From contig NC_092671.1 of assembly GCF_964355755.1 (NCBI RefSeq), positions 21,717,317-21,781,316 of the forward strand: a DNA stretch of 64,000 nucleotides, in the 5' to 3' direction. This DNA is from Antedon mediterranea (lineage: Eukaryota; Animalia; Echinodermata). The notes beneath the pieces were generated by a model. The model was not told the origin of the DNA. It worked only from the letters and a program-made list of their open reading frames with translations, and searched no databases. Both the position numbers and the translations under genes were made by a program. The first letter of the stretch is position 1, and each line of letters opens with the position of its first letter. Positions 36,178 to 49,129 of this stretch are shown piece by piece.

Positions 36178-39100
36178 TATTCTAAGCACTTTGGTGTTTT
36201 TATGTTAACAAGTTTTTTCGAAAATCCCAAAATGGTCTAAAACGTCTCCAAATGCGATTTGAAGCTTTTCTAAACACTTTGGTGTTTTTATGTTAACAGG
36301 TTTTTTAGAAAATCACAAAATGGTCTAAAACGTCTCCAAATGCGATTTGAAGCTATTTTAAGAACTTTGTTTTTTTTATGTTAACAAGTTTTTTCGAAAA
36401 TCACAAAATGGTCTAAAACGTCTCCAAATGCGATTTGAAGCTATTCTAAGCACTTTGGTGTTTTTATGTTAACAAGTTTTTTCGAAAATCACAAAATGGT
36501 CTAAAACGTCTCCTAATGCGATTTGAAGCTATTCTAAGCACTTTGGTGTTTTTATGTTAACAAGTTTTTTCGAAAATCACAAAATGGTCTAAAACGTCTC
36601 CAAATGCGATTTGAAGCTATTCTAAGCACTTTGGTGTTTTTATGTTAACAAGTTTTTTCGAAAATCACAAAATGGTCTAAAACGTCTCCAAATGCGATTT
36701 GAAGCTATTCTGTACACTTTGATGTTTTTATGTTAACAAGTTTTTTCGAAAATCACAAAATGGTCTAAAACGTCTCCAAATGCGATTTGAAGGTATTCTA
36801 AGCACTTTGGTGTTTTGTGTGAAAAAGTTTTGTCGAAAATCACAAAATGGTCTAAAACGTCTCCAAATGCGATTTGAAGCTATTCTAAGCACTTTGGTGT
36901 TTTGTGTAAAAAGTGTTATCGATATGCTCAAAATGGTCTAAAACGGTTTATAATGTGATTTTAAGCACTTTGATGTTTTTGCGTAACCAAGTTTCATCGA
37001 AATGCACAAAATGGTCTAAAACGTCTCCAAATGCGATTTGAAGCTATTCTAATCACTTTGGTGTTTTTATGTTAACAAGTTTTTTCGAAAATCACAAAAT
37101 GGTCTAAAACGTCTCCAAATGCGATTGGAAGCTATTCTTAGCACTTTGATGTTTTTATGTTAACAAGTTTTTTCGAAAATCACAAAATGGTCTAAAATGT
37201 CTCCAAATGCGATTTGAAGGTATTCTAAGCACTTTGGTGTTTTTATGTTAACAAGTTTTTTCGAAAATCACAAAATGGTCTAAATTGTCTCCATATGCGA
37301 TTTGAAGCTATTCTTAGCAGTTTGGTGTTTTTATGTTAAAAAGTTTTTTTCGAAAATCACAAAATGGTCTAAAACGTCTCCAAATGCGATTTGAAGCTAT
37401 TCTAAGCACTTTGATGTTTTTGTGTGAAAAGTGTTATCGAAATGCTCAAAATGGTCTAAAACGGTTTATAATGTGATTTTAACCACTTTGATGTTTTTGT
37501 GTAACCAAGTTTTTTCGAAAATCACTAATTGGTCTAAAATGTCTCCAAATTCGATTTGAAGCTATTCTTAGCACTTTGATGTTTTTATGTTAACAAGTTT
37601 TTTCGAAAATCACAAAATGGTCTAAAACGTCTCCAAATGCGATTTGAAGCTATTCTGTACACTTTGGTGTTTTGTGTGAAAAAGTTTTGTCGAAATGCTC
37701 AAAATGGTTTAAAACGTTTTTAAATACGATATTAAGCTATTTTGTGCTCTTTGATGTTTTTGTGTGAAATGTGTTATCGAAATGCTCAAAATGGTCTAAA
37801 ACGGTTTATAATGTGATTTTATCCACTTTGATGTTTTTGTGTAACCAAGTTTTTTCGAAAATCACAAATTGGTCTAAAACGTCTCCAAATGCGATTTGAA
37901 GCTATTCTAAGCACTTTGGTGTTTTTATGTTAACAAGTTGTTTTCGAAAATCACAAAATGGTCTAAAACGTCTCCAAATGCGATTGGAAGCTATTCTTAG
38001 CACTTTGATGTTTTTATGTTAACAAGTTTTTTCGAAAATCACAAAATGGTCTAAAATGTCTCCAAATGCGATTTGAAGGTATTCTAAGCACTTTGGTGTT
38101 TTTATGTTAACAAGTTGTTTTCGAAAATCACAAAATGGTCTAAAACGTCTCCAAATGCGATTGGAAGCTATTCTTAGCACTTTGATGTTTTTATGTTAAC
38201 AAGTTTTTTCGAAAATCACAAAATGGTCTAAAATGTCTCCAAATGCGATTTGAAGGTATTCTAAGCACTTTGGTGTTTTTATGTTAACAAGTTTTTTCGA
38301 AAATCACAAAATGGTCTAAATTGTCTCCATATGCGATTTGAAGCTATTCTTAGCAGTTTGGTGTTTTTATGTTAAAAAGTTTTTTTCGAAAATCACAAAA
38401 TGGTCTAAAACGTCTCCAAATGCGATTTGAAGCTATTCTAAGCACTTTGATGTTTTTGTGTGAAAAGTGTTATCGAAATGCTCAAAATGGTCTAAAACGG
38501 TTTATAATGTGATTTTAACCACTTTGATGTTTTTGTGTAACCAAGTTTTTTCGAAAATCACTAATTGGTCTAAAATGTCTCCAAATGCGATTTGAAGCTA
38601 TTCTTAGCACTTTGATGTTTTTATGTTAACAAGTTTTTTCGAAAATCACAAAATGGTCTAAAACGTCTCCAAATGCGATTTGAAGCTATTCTAAGCACTT
38701 TAGACCATTTTGTGATTTTCGAAAAAACTTGTTAACACAAAAACACCAAAGTGATTAGAATAGCTTCAAATCGCATTTGGAGACGTTTTAGACCATTTTG
38801 TGATTTTCGAAAAAACTTGTTAACATAAAAACACCAAAGTGATTAGAATAGCTTCAAATCGCATTTGGAGACGTTTTAGACCATTTTGTGCATTTCGATG
38901 AAACTTGGTTACGCAAAAACATCAAAGTGCTTAAAATCACATTATAAACCGTTTTAGACCATTTTGAGCATATCGATAACACTTTTTCACACAAAACACC
39001 AAAGTGCTTAGAATACCTTCAAATCGCATTTGGAGACGTTTTAGACCATTTTGTGATTTTCGAAAAAACTTGTTAACATAAAAACATCAAAGTGTACAGA

Positions 39101-40834
39101 ATAGCTTCAAATCGCATTTGGAGACGTTTTAGACCATTTTGTGATTTTCGAAAAAACTTGTTAACACAAAAACACCAAAGTGATTAGAATAGCTTCAAAT
39201 CGCATTTGGAGACGTTTTAGACCATTTTGTGATTTTCGAAAAAACTTGTTAACATAAAAACACCAAAGTGATTAGAATAGCTTCAAATCGCATTTGGAGA
39301 CGTTTTAGACCATTTTGTGATTTTCGAAAAAACTTGTTAACATAAAAACACCAAAGTGATTAGAATAGCTTCAAATCGCATTTGGAGACGTTTTAGACCA
39401 TTTTGTGCATTTCGATGAAACTTGGTTACGCAAAAACATCAATGTGCTTAAAATCACATTATAAACCGTTTTAGACCATTTTGAGCATATCCATAAAACT
39501 TTTTACACAAAACACCAAAGTGCTTAGAATAGCTTCAAATCGCATTTGGAGACGTTTTAGACCATTTTGTGATTTTCGACAAAACTTTTTCACACAAAAC
39601 ACCAAAGTGCTTAGAATACCTTCAAATCGCATTTGGAGACGTTTTAGACCATTTTGTGATTTTCGAAAAAACTTGTTAACATAAAAACATCAAAGTGTAC
39701 AGAATAGCTTCAAATCGCATTTGGAGACGTTTTAGACCATTTTGTGATTTTCGAAAAAACTTGTTAACATAAAAACACCAAAGTGCTTAGAATAGCTTCA
39801 AATCGCATTAGGAGACGTTTTAGACCATTTTGTGATTTTCGAAAAAACTTGTTAACATAAAAACACCAAAGTGCTTAGAATAGCTTCAAATCGCATTGGG
39901 AGACGTTTTAGACCATTTTGTGATTTTCGACAAAACTTTTTCACACAAAACACCAAAGTGCTTAGAATACCTTCAAATCGCATTTGGAGACGTTTTAGAC
40001 CATTTTGTGATTTTCGAAAAAACTTGTTAACATAAAAACACCAAAGTGCTTAGAATAGCTTCAAATCGCATTTGGAGACGTTTTAAACCATTTTGTGATT
40101 TTCGAAAAAACTTGTTAACATAAAAACACCAAAATGTTTAGAATAGCTTCAAATCGCATTTGGAGACGTTTTAGACCATTTTGTGATTTTCGAAAAAACT
40201 TGTTAACACAAAAACACCAAAGTGATTAGAATAGCTTCAAATCGCATTTGGAGACGTTTTAGACCATTTTGTGATTTTCGAAAAAACTTGTTAACATAAA
40301 AACACCAAAGTGATTAGAATAGCTTCAAATCGCATTTGGAGACGTTTTAGACCATTTTGTGCATTTCGATGAAACTTGGTTACGCAAAAACATCAAAGTG
40401 CTTAAAATCACATTATAAACCGTTTTAGACCATTTTGAGCATATTGATAACACTTTTTCACACAAAACACCAAAGTGCTTAGAATACCTTCAAATCGCAT
40501 TTGGAGACGTTTTAGACCATTTTGTGATTTTCGAAAAAACTTGTTAACATAAAAACATCAAAGTGTACAGAATAGCTTCAAATCGCATTTGGAGACGTTT
40601 TAGACCATTTTGTGATTTTCGAAAAAACTTGTTAACATAAAAACACCAAAGTGCTTAGAATAGCTTCAAATCGCATTTGGAGACGTTTTAGACCATTTTG
40701 TGATTTTCGAAAAAACTTGTTAACATAAAAACACCAAAGTGCTTAGAATAGCTTCAAATCGCATTTGGAGACGTTTTAGACCATTTTGTGATTTTCGAAA
40801 AAACTTGTTAACATAAAAACACCAAAATGTTTAG

Positions 40835-43800
40835 AATAGCTTCAAATCGCATTTGGAGACGTTTTAGACCATTTTGTGATTTTCGAAAAAACTTGTTAAC
40901 ACAAAAACACCAAAGTGATTAGAATAGCTTCAAATCGCATTTGGAGACGTTTTAGACCATTTTGTGCATTTCGATGAAACTTGGTTACGCAAAAACATCA
41001 AAGTGCTTAAAATCACATTATAAACCGTTTTAGACCATTTTGAGCATATCGATAACACTTTTCACACAAAAACATCAAAGAGCACAATATAGCTTAATAT
41101 CGTATTTAAAAACGTTTTAGACCATTTTGAGCATTTCGACAAAACTTTTTCACACAAAACACCAAAGTGCTTAGAATAGCTTCAAATCGCATTTGGAGAC
41201 GTTTTAGACCATTTTGTGATTTTCGAAAAAACTTGTTAACATAAAAACATCAAAGGGCTAAGAATAGCTTCAAATCGCATTTGGAGACATTTTAGACCAA
41301 TTAGTGATTTTCGAAAAAACTTGGTTACACAAAAACATCAAAGTGGTTAAAATCACATTATAAACCGTTTTAGACCATTTTGAGCATTTCGATAACACTT
41401 TTTACACAAAAACATCAAAGTCCTTAGAATAGCTTCAAATCGCATTTGGAGACGTTTTAGAACATTTTGTGATTTTCGAAAAAACTTGTTAACATAAAAA
41501 CACCAAAGTGCTTAGAATACCTTCAAATCGCATTTGGAGACGTTTTAGACCATTTTGTGATTTTCCAAAAAACTTGTTAACATAAAAACATCAAAGTGTA
41601 CAGAATAGCTTCAAATCGCATTTGGAGACGTTTTAGACCATTTTGTGATTTTCGAAAAAACTTGTTAACATAAAAACACCAAAGTGCTTAGAATAGCTTC
41701 AAATCGCATTAGGAGACGTTTTAGACCATTTTGTGATTTTCGAAAAAACTTGTTAACATAAAAACACCAAAGTGCTTAGAATAGCTTCAAATCGCATTTG
41801 GAGACGTTTTAGACCATTTTGTGATTTTCGAAAAAACTTGTTAACATAAAAACACCAAAATGTTTAGAATAGCTTCAAATCACATTTGGAGACGTTTTAG
41901 ACCATTTTGTGATTTTCGAAAAAACTTGTTAACACAAAAACACCAAAGTGATTAGAATAGCTTCAAATCGCATTTGGAGACGTTTTAGACCAATTTGTGC
42001 ATTTCGATGAAACTTGGTTACGCAAAAACATCAAAGTGCTTAAAATCACATTATAAACCGTTTTAGACCATTTTGAGCATATCGATAACACTTTTCACAC
42101 AAAAACATCAAAGAGCACAATATAGCTTAATATCTTATTTAAAAACGTTTTAGACCATTTTGAGCATTTCGACAAAACTTTTTCACACAAAACACCAAAG
42201 TGCTTAGAATAGCTTCAAATCGCATTTGGAGACGTTTTAGACCATTTTGTGATTTTCGAAAAAACTTGTTAACATAAAAACATCAAAGTGCTAAGAATAG
42301 CTTCAAATCGCATTTGGAGACATTTTAGACCAATTAGTGATTTTCGAAAAAACTTGGTTACACAAAAACATCAAAGTGGTTAAAATCACATTATAAACCG
42401 TTTTAGACCATTTTGAGCATTTCGATAACACTTTTCACACAAAAACATCAAAGTGCTTAGAATAGCTTCAAATCGCATTTGGAGACGTTTTAGACCATTT
42501 TGTGATTTTCGAAAAAAACTTTTTAACATAAAAACACCAAACTGCTAAGAATAGCTTCAAATCGCATATGGAGACAATTTAGACCATTTTGTGATTTTCG
42601 AAAAAACTTGTTAACATAAAAACACCAAAGTGCTAAGAATAGCTTCAAATCGCATATGGAGACAATTTAGATCATTTTGTGATTTTCGAAAAAACTTGTT
42701 AACATAAAAACACCAAAGTGCTTAGAATACCTTCATATCGCATTTGGAGACGTTTAAGACCATTTTGTGATTTTCGAAAAAACTTGTTAACATAAAAACA
42801 CCAAAGTGCTTAGAATAGCTTCAATTCGCATTTGGAGACGTTTTAGACCAATTTGTGATTTTCGAAAAAACTTGGTTACACAAAAACATCAAAGTGGATA
42901 AAAGCACATTATAAACCGTTTTAGACCATTTTGAGCATTTCGATAACACATTTCACACAAAAACATCAAAGAGCACAAAATAGCTTAATATCGTATTTAA
43001 AAACGTTTTAAACCATTTTGAGCATTTCGACAAAACTTTTTCACACAAAACACCAAAGTGTACAGAATAGCTTCAAATCGCATTTGGAGACGTTTTAGAC
43101 CATTTTGTGATTTTCGAAAAAACTTGTTAACACAAAAACACCAAAGTGATTAGAATAGCTTCAAATCGCATTTGGAGACGTTTTAGACCATTTTGTGCAT
43201 TTCGATGAAACTTGGTTACGCAAAAACATCAAAGTGCTTAAAATCACATTATAAACCGTTTTAGACCATTTTGAGCATATCGATAACACTTTTCACACAA
43301 AAACATCAAAGAGCACAATATAGCTTAATATCGTATTTAAAAACGTTTTAGACCATTTTGAGCATTTCGACAAAACTTTTTCACACAAAACACCAAAGTG
43401 CTTAGAATAGCTTCAAATCGCATTTGGAGACGTTTTAGACCATTTTGTGATTTTCGAAAAAACTTGTTAACATAAAAACATCAAAGGGCTAAGAATAGCT
43501 TCAAATCGCATTTGGAGACATTTTAGACCAATTAGTGATTTTCGAAAAAACTTGGTTACACAAAAACATCAAAGTGGTTAAAATCACATTATAAACCGTT
43601 TTAGACCATTTTGAGCATTTCGATAACACTTTTTACACAAAAACATCAAAGTCCTTAGAATAGCTTCAAATCGCATTTGGAGACGTTTTAGAACATTTTG
43701 TGATTTTCGAAAAAACTTGTTAACATAAAAACACCAAAGTGCTTAGAATACCTTCAAATCGCATTTGGAGACGTTTTAGACCATTTTGTGATTTTCCAAA

Positions 43801-45355
43801 AAACTTGTTAACATAAAAACATCAAAGTGTACAGAATAGCTTCAAATCGCATTTGGAGACGTTTTAGACCATTTTGTGATTTTCGAAAAAACTTGTTAAC
43901 ATAAAAACACCAAAGTGCTTAGAATAGCTTCAAATCGCATTAGGAGACGTTTTAGACCATTTTGTGATTTTCGAAAAAACTTGTTAACATAAAAACACCA
44001 AAGTGCTTAGAATAGCTTCAAATCGCATTTGGAGACGTTTTAGACCATTTTGTGATTTTCGAAAAAACTTGTTAACATAAAAACACCAAAATGTTTAGAA
44101 TAGCTTCAAATCACATTTGGAGACGTTTTAGACCATTTTGTGATTTTCGAAAAAACTTGTTAACACAAAAACACCAAAGTGATTAGAATAGCTTCAAATC
44201 GCATTTGGAGACGTTTTAGACCAATTTGTGCATTTCGATGAAACTTGGTTACGCAAAAACATCAAAGTGCTTAAAATCACATTATAAACCGTTTTAGACC
44301 ATTTTGAGCATATCGATAACACTTTTCACACAAAAACATCAAAGAGCACAATATAGCTTAATATCTTATTTAAAAACGTTTTAGACCATTTTGAGCATTT
44401 CGACAAAACTTTTTCACACAAAACACCAAAGTGCTTAGAATAGCTTCAAATCGCATTTGGAGACGTTTTAGACCATTTTGTGATTTTCGAAAAAACTTGT
44501 TAACATAAAAACATCAAAGTGCTAAGAATAGCTTCAAATCGCATTTGGAGACATTTTAGACCAATTAGTGATTTTCGAAAAAACTTGGTTACACAAAAAC
44601 ATCAAAGTGGTTAAAATCACATTATAAACCGTTTTAGACCATTTTGAGCATTTCGATAACACTTTTCACACAAAAACATCAAAGTGCTTAGAATAGCTTC
44701 AAATCGCATTTGGAGACGTTTTAGACCATTTTGTGATTTTCGAAAAAAACTTTTTAACATAAAAACACCAAACTGCTAAGAATAGCTTCAAATCGCATAT
44801 GGAGACAATTTAGACCATTTTGTGATTTTCGAAAAAACTTGTTAACATAAAAACACCAAAGTGCTAAGAATAGCTTCAAATCGCATATGGAGACAATTTA
44901 GATCATTTTGTGATTTTCGAAAAAACTTGTTAACATAAAAACACCAAAGTGCTTAGAATACCTTCATATCGCATTTGGAGACGTTTAAGACCATTTTGTG
45001 ATTTTCGAAAAAACTTGTTAACATAAAAACACCAAAGTGCTTAGAATAGCTTCAATTCGCATTTGGAGACGTTTTAGACCAATTTGTGATTTTCGAAAAA
45101 ACTTGGTTACACAAAAACATCAAAGTGGATAAAAGCACATTATAAACCGTTTTAGACCATTTTGAGCATTTCGATAACACATTTCACACAAAAACATCAA
45201 AGAGCACAAAATAGCTTAATATCGTATTTAAAAACGTTTTAAACCATTTTGAGCATTTCGACAAAACTTTTTCACACAAAACACCAAAGTGTACAGAATA
45301 GCTTCAAATCGCATTTGGAGACGTTTTAGACCATTTTGTGATTTTCGAAAAAACT
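40835..45355 (+). repeat. Higher-order tandem duplication, 2231-bp period (boundaries approximate)
   Basis: Rare variants recur at +2231: tccttag 41421/43652 and ccttcatatc 42730/44961. Confidence 0.85.
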
Positions 45356-48300
45356 TGTTAATATAAAAACACCAAAGTACTTAGAATAGCTTCAAATCGC
45401 ATTTGGAGACGTTTTAGACCATTTTGTGATTTTCGAAAAAACTTGTTAACATAAAAACATCAAAGTGCTAAGAATAGCTTCCAATCGCATTTGGAGACAT
45501 TTTAGACCAATTTGTGATTTTCGAAAAAACTTGGTTACACAAAAACATCAAAGTGCTTAAAATCACATTATAAACCGTTTTAGACCATTTTGAGCATTTC
45601 GATAACACATTTCACAAAAAAACATCAAAGAGCACAAAATAGCTTAATATCGTATTTAAAAACGTTTTAAACCATTTTGAGCATTTCGACAAAACTTTTT
45701 CACACAAAACACCAAAGTGTTTAGAAAAGCTTCAAATCGCATTTGGAGACGTTTTAGACCATTTTGGGATTTTCGAAAAAACTTGTTAACATAAAAACAC
45801 CAAAGTGCTTAGAATAGCTTCAAATCGCATTTGGAGACGTTTTAGACCATTTTGTAATTTTCGAAAAAACTTGTTAACATAAAAACACCAAAATGTTTAG
45901 AATAGCTTCAAATCGCATTTGGAGACGTTTTAGACCATTTTGTGATTTTCGAAAAAACTTGTTAACACAAAAACACCAAAGTGATTAGAATAGCTTCAAA
46001 TCGCATTTGGAGACGTTTTAGACCATTTTGTGATTTTCGAAAAAACTTGTTAACATAAAAACACCAAAGTGATTAGAATAGCTTCAAATCGCATTTGGAG
46101 ACGTTTTAGACCATTTTGTGCATTTCGATGAAACTTGGTTACGCAAAAACATCAAAGTAATAATCACATTATAAACAGTTTTAGACCATTTTGAGCATAT
46201 CGATAAAACTTTTTACACAAAACACCAAAGTGCTTAGAATAGCTTCAAATCGCATTTGGAGACGTTTTAGACCATTTTGTGATTTTCGACAAAACTTTTT
46301 CACACAAAACACCAAAGTGCTTAGAATACCTTCAAATCGCATTTGGAGACGTTTTAGACCATTTTGTGATTTTCGAAAAAACTTGTTAACATAAAAACAT
46401 CAAAGTGTACAGAATAGCTTCAAATCGCATTTGGAGACGTTTTAGACCATTTTGTGATTTTCGAAAAAACTTGTTAACATAAAAACACCAAAGTGCTTAG
46501 AATAGCTTCAAATCGCATTAGGAGACGTTTTAGACCATTTTGTTATTTTCGAAAAAACTTGTTAACATAAAAACACCAAAATGTTTAGAATAGCTTCAAA
46601 TCGCATTTGTAGACGTTTTAGACCATTTTGTGATTTTCGAAAAAACTTGTTAACACAAAAACACCAAAGTGATTAGAATAGCTTCAAATCGCATTTGGAG
46701 ACGTTTTAGACCATTTTGTGCATTTCGATGAAACTTGGTTACGCAAAAACATCAAAGTGCTTAAAATCACATTATAAACCGTTTTAGACCATTTTGAGCA
46801 TATCGATAACACTTTTCATACAAAAACATCAAAGAGCACAATATAGCTTAATATCGTATTTAAAAACGTTTTAGACCATTTTGAGCAATTCGACAAAACT
46901 CTTTCACAAAAAACACCAAAGTGCTTAGAATAGCTTCAAATCGCATTTGGAGACGTTTTAGACCATTTTGTGATTTTCGAAAAAACTTGTTAACATAAAA
47001 ACATCAAAGGGCTAAGAATAGCTTCAAATCGCATTTGGAGACATTTTAGACCAATTAGTGATTTTCGAAAAAACTTGGTTACACAAAAACATCAAAGTGG
47101 TTAAAATAACATTATAAACCGTTTTAGACCATTTTGAGCATTTCGATAACACTTTTCACACAAAAACATCAAAGTGCACAAAATAGCTTAATATCGTATT
47201 TGGAAACGTTTTAGAACATTTTGTGATTTTCGAAAAAACTTGTTAACATAAAACACCAAAGTGTACAGAATAGCTTCAAATCGCATTTGGAGACATTTTA
47301 GACCAATTTGTGATTTTCGAAAAAACTTGTTAACATAAAAACACCAAAGTGCTTAGAATACCTTCAAATCGCATTTGGAGACGTTTAAGACCATTTTGTG
47401 ATTTTCGAAAAAACTTGTTAACATAAAAAAACCAAAGTGCTTAGAATAGCTTCAAATCGCATTTGGAGACGTTTTAGACCAATTTGTGATTTTCGAAAAA
47501 ACTTGGTTACACAAAAACATCAAAGTGGATAAAAGCACATTATAAACCGTTTTAGACTATTTTGAGCATTTCGATAACACATTTCACACAAAAACATCAA
47601 AGAGCACAAAATAGCTTAATATCGTATTTAAAAACGTTTTAAACCATTTTGAGCATTTCGACAAAACTTTTTCACACAAAACACCAAAGTGTACAGAATA
47701 GCTTCAAATCGCATTTGGAGACGTTTTAGACCATTTTGTGATTTTCGAAAAAACTTGTTAACATAAAAACACCAAAGTGCTTAGAATAGCTTCAAATCGC
47801 ATTTGGAGACGTTTTAGACCATTTTGTGATTTTCGAAAAAACTTGTTAACATAAAAACACCAAAATGTTTAGAATAGCTTCAAATCACATTTGGAGACGT
47901 TTTAGACCATTTTGTGATTTTCGAAAAAACTTGTTAACACAAAAACACCAAAGTGATTAGAATAGCTTCAAATCGCATTTGGAGACGTTTTAGACCAATT
48001 TGTGCATTTCGATGAAACTTGGTTACGCAAAAACATCAAAGTGCTTAAAATCACATTATAAACCGTTTTAGACCATTTTGAGCATATCGATAACACTTTT
48101 CACACAAAAACATCAAAGAGCACAATATAGCTTAATATCTTATTTAAAAACGTTTTAGACCATTTTGAGCATTTCGACAAAACTTTTTCACACAAAACAC
48201 CAAAGTGCTTAGAATAGCTTCAAATCGCATTTGGAGACGTTTTAGACCATTTTGTGATTTTCGAAAAAACTTGTTAACATAAAAACATCAAAGTGCTAAG

Positions 48301-49129
48301 AATAGCTTCAAATCGCATTTGGAGACATTTTAGACCAATTAGTGATTTTCGAAAAAACTTGGTTACACAAAAACATCAAAGTGGTTAAAATCACATTATA
48401 AACCGTTTTAGACCATTTTGAGCATTTCGATAACACTTTTCACACAAAAACATCAAAGTGCTTAGAATAGCTTCAAATCGCATTTGGAGACGTTTTAGAC
48501 CATTTTGTGATTTTCGAAAAAAACTTTTTAACATAAAAACACCAAACTTCTAAGAATAGCTTCAAATCGCATATGGAGACAATTTAGACCATTTTGTGAT
48601 TTTCGAAAAAACTTGTTAACATAAAAACACCAAAGTGCTAAGAATAGCTTCAAATCGCATATGGAGACAATTTAGACCATTTTGTGATTTTCGAAAAAAC
48701 TTGTTAACATAAAAACACCAAAGTGCTTAGAATACCTTCAAATCGCATTTGGAGACGTTTAAGACCATTTTGTGATTTTCGAAAAAACTTGTTAACATAA
48801 AAACACCAAAGTGCTTAGAATAGCTTCAAATCGCATTTGGAGACGTTTTAGACCAATTTGTGATTTTCGAAAAAACTTGGTTACACAAAAACATCAAAGT
48901 GGATAAAAGCACATTATAAACCGTTTTAGACCATTTTGAGCATTTCGATAACACATTTCACACAAAAACATCAAAGAGCACAAAATAGCTTAATATCGTA
49001 TTTAAAAACGTTTTAAACCATTTTGAGCATTTCGACAAAACTTTTTCACACAAAACACCAAAGTGTTTAGAAAAGCTTCAAATCGCATTTGGAGACGTTT
49101 TAGACCATTTTGGGATTTTCGAAAAAACT

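Larger units (their letters stand above)
18782..38701 (-). repeat. Inverted satellite block, ~19.9 kb, containing the Sola1-like element and two SINE copies
   Basis: Monomer reads as the reverse complement (aaaatggtctaaaacgtctccaaatgcg) from 18782 to ...ctaagcacttt at 38701. Confidence 0.98.
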
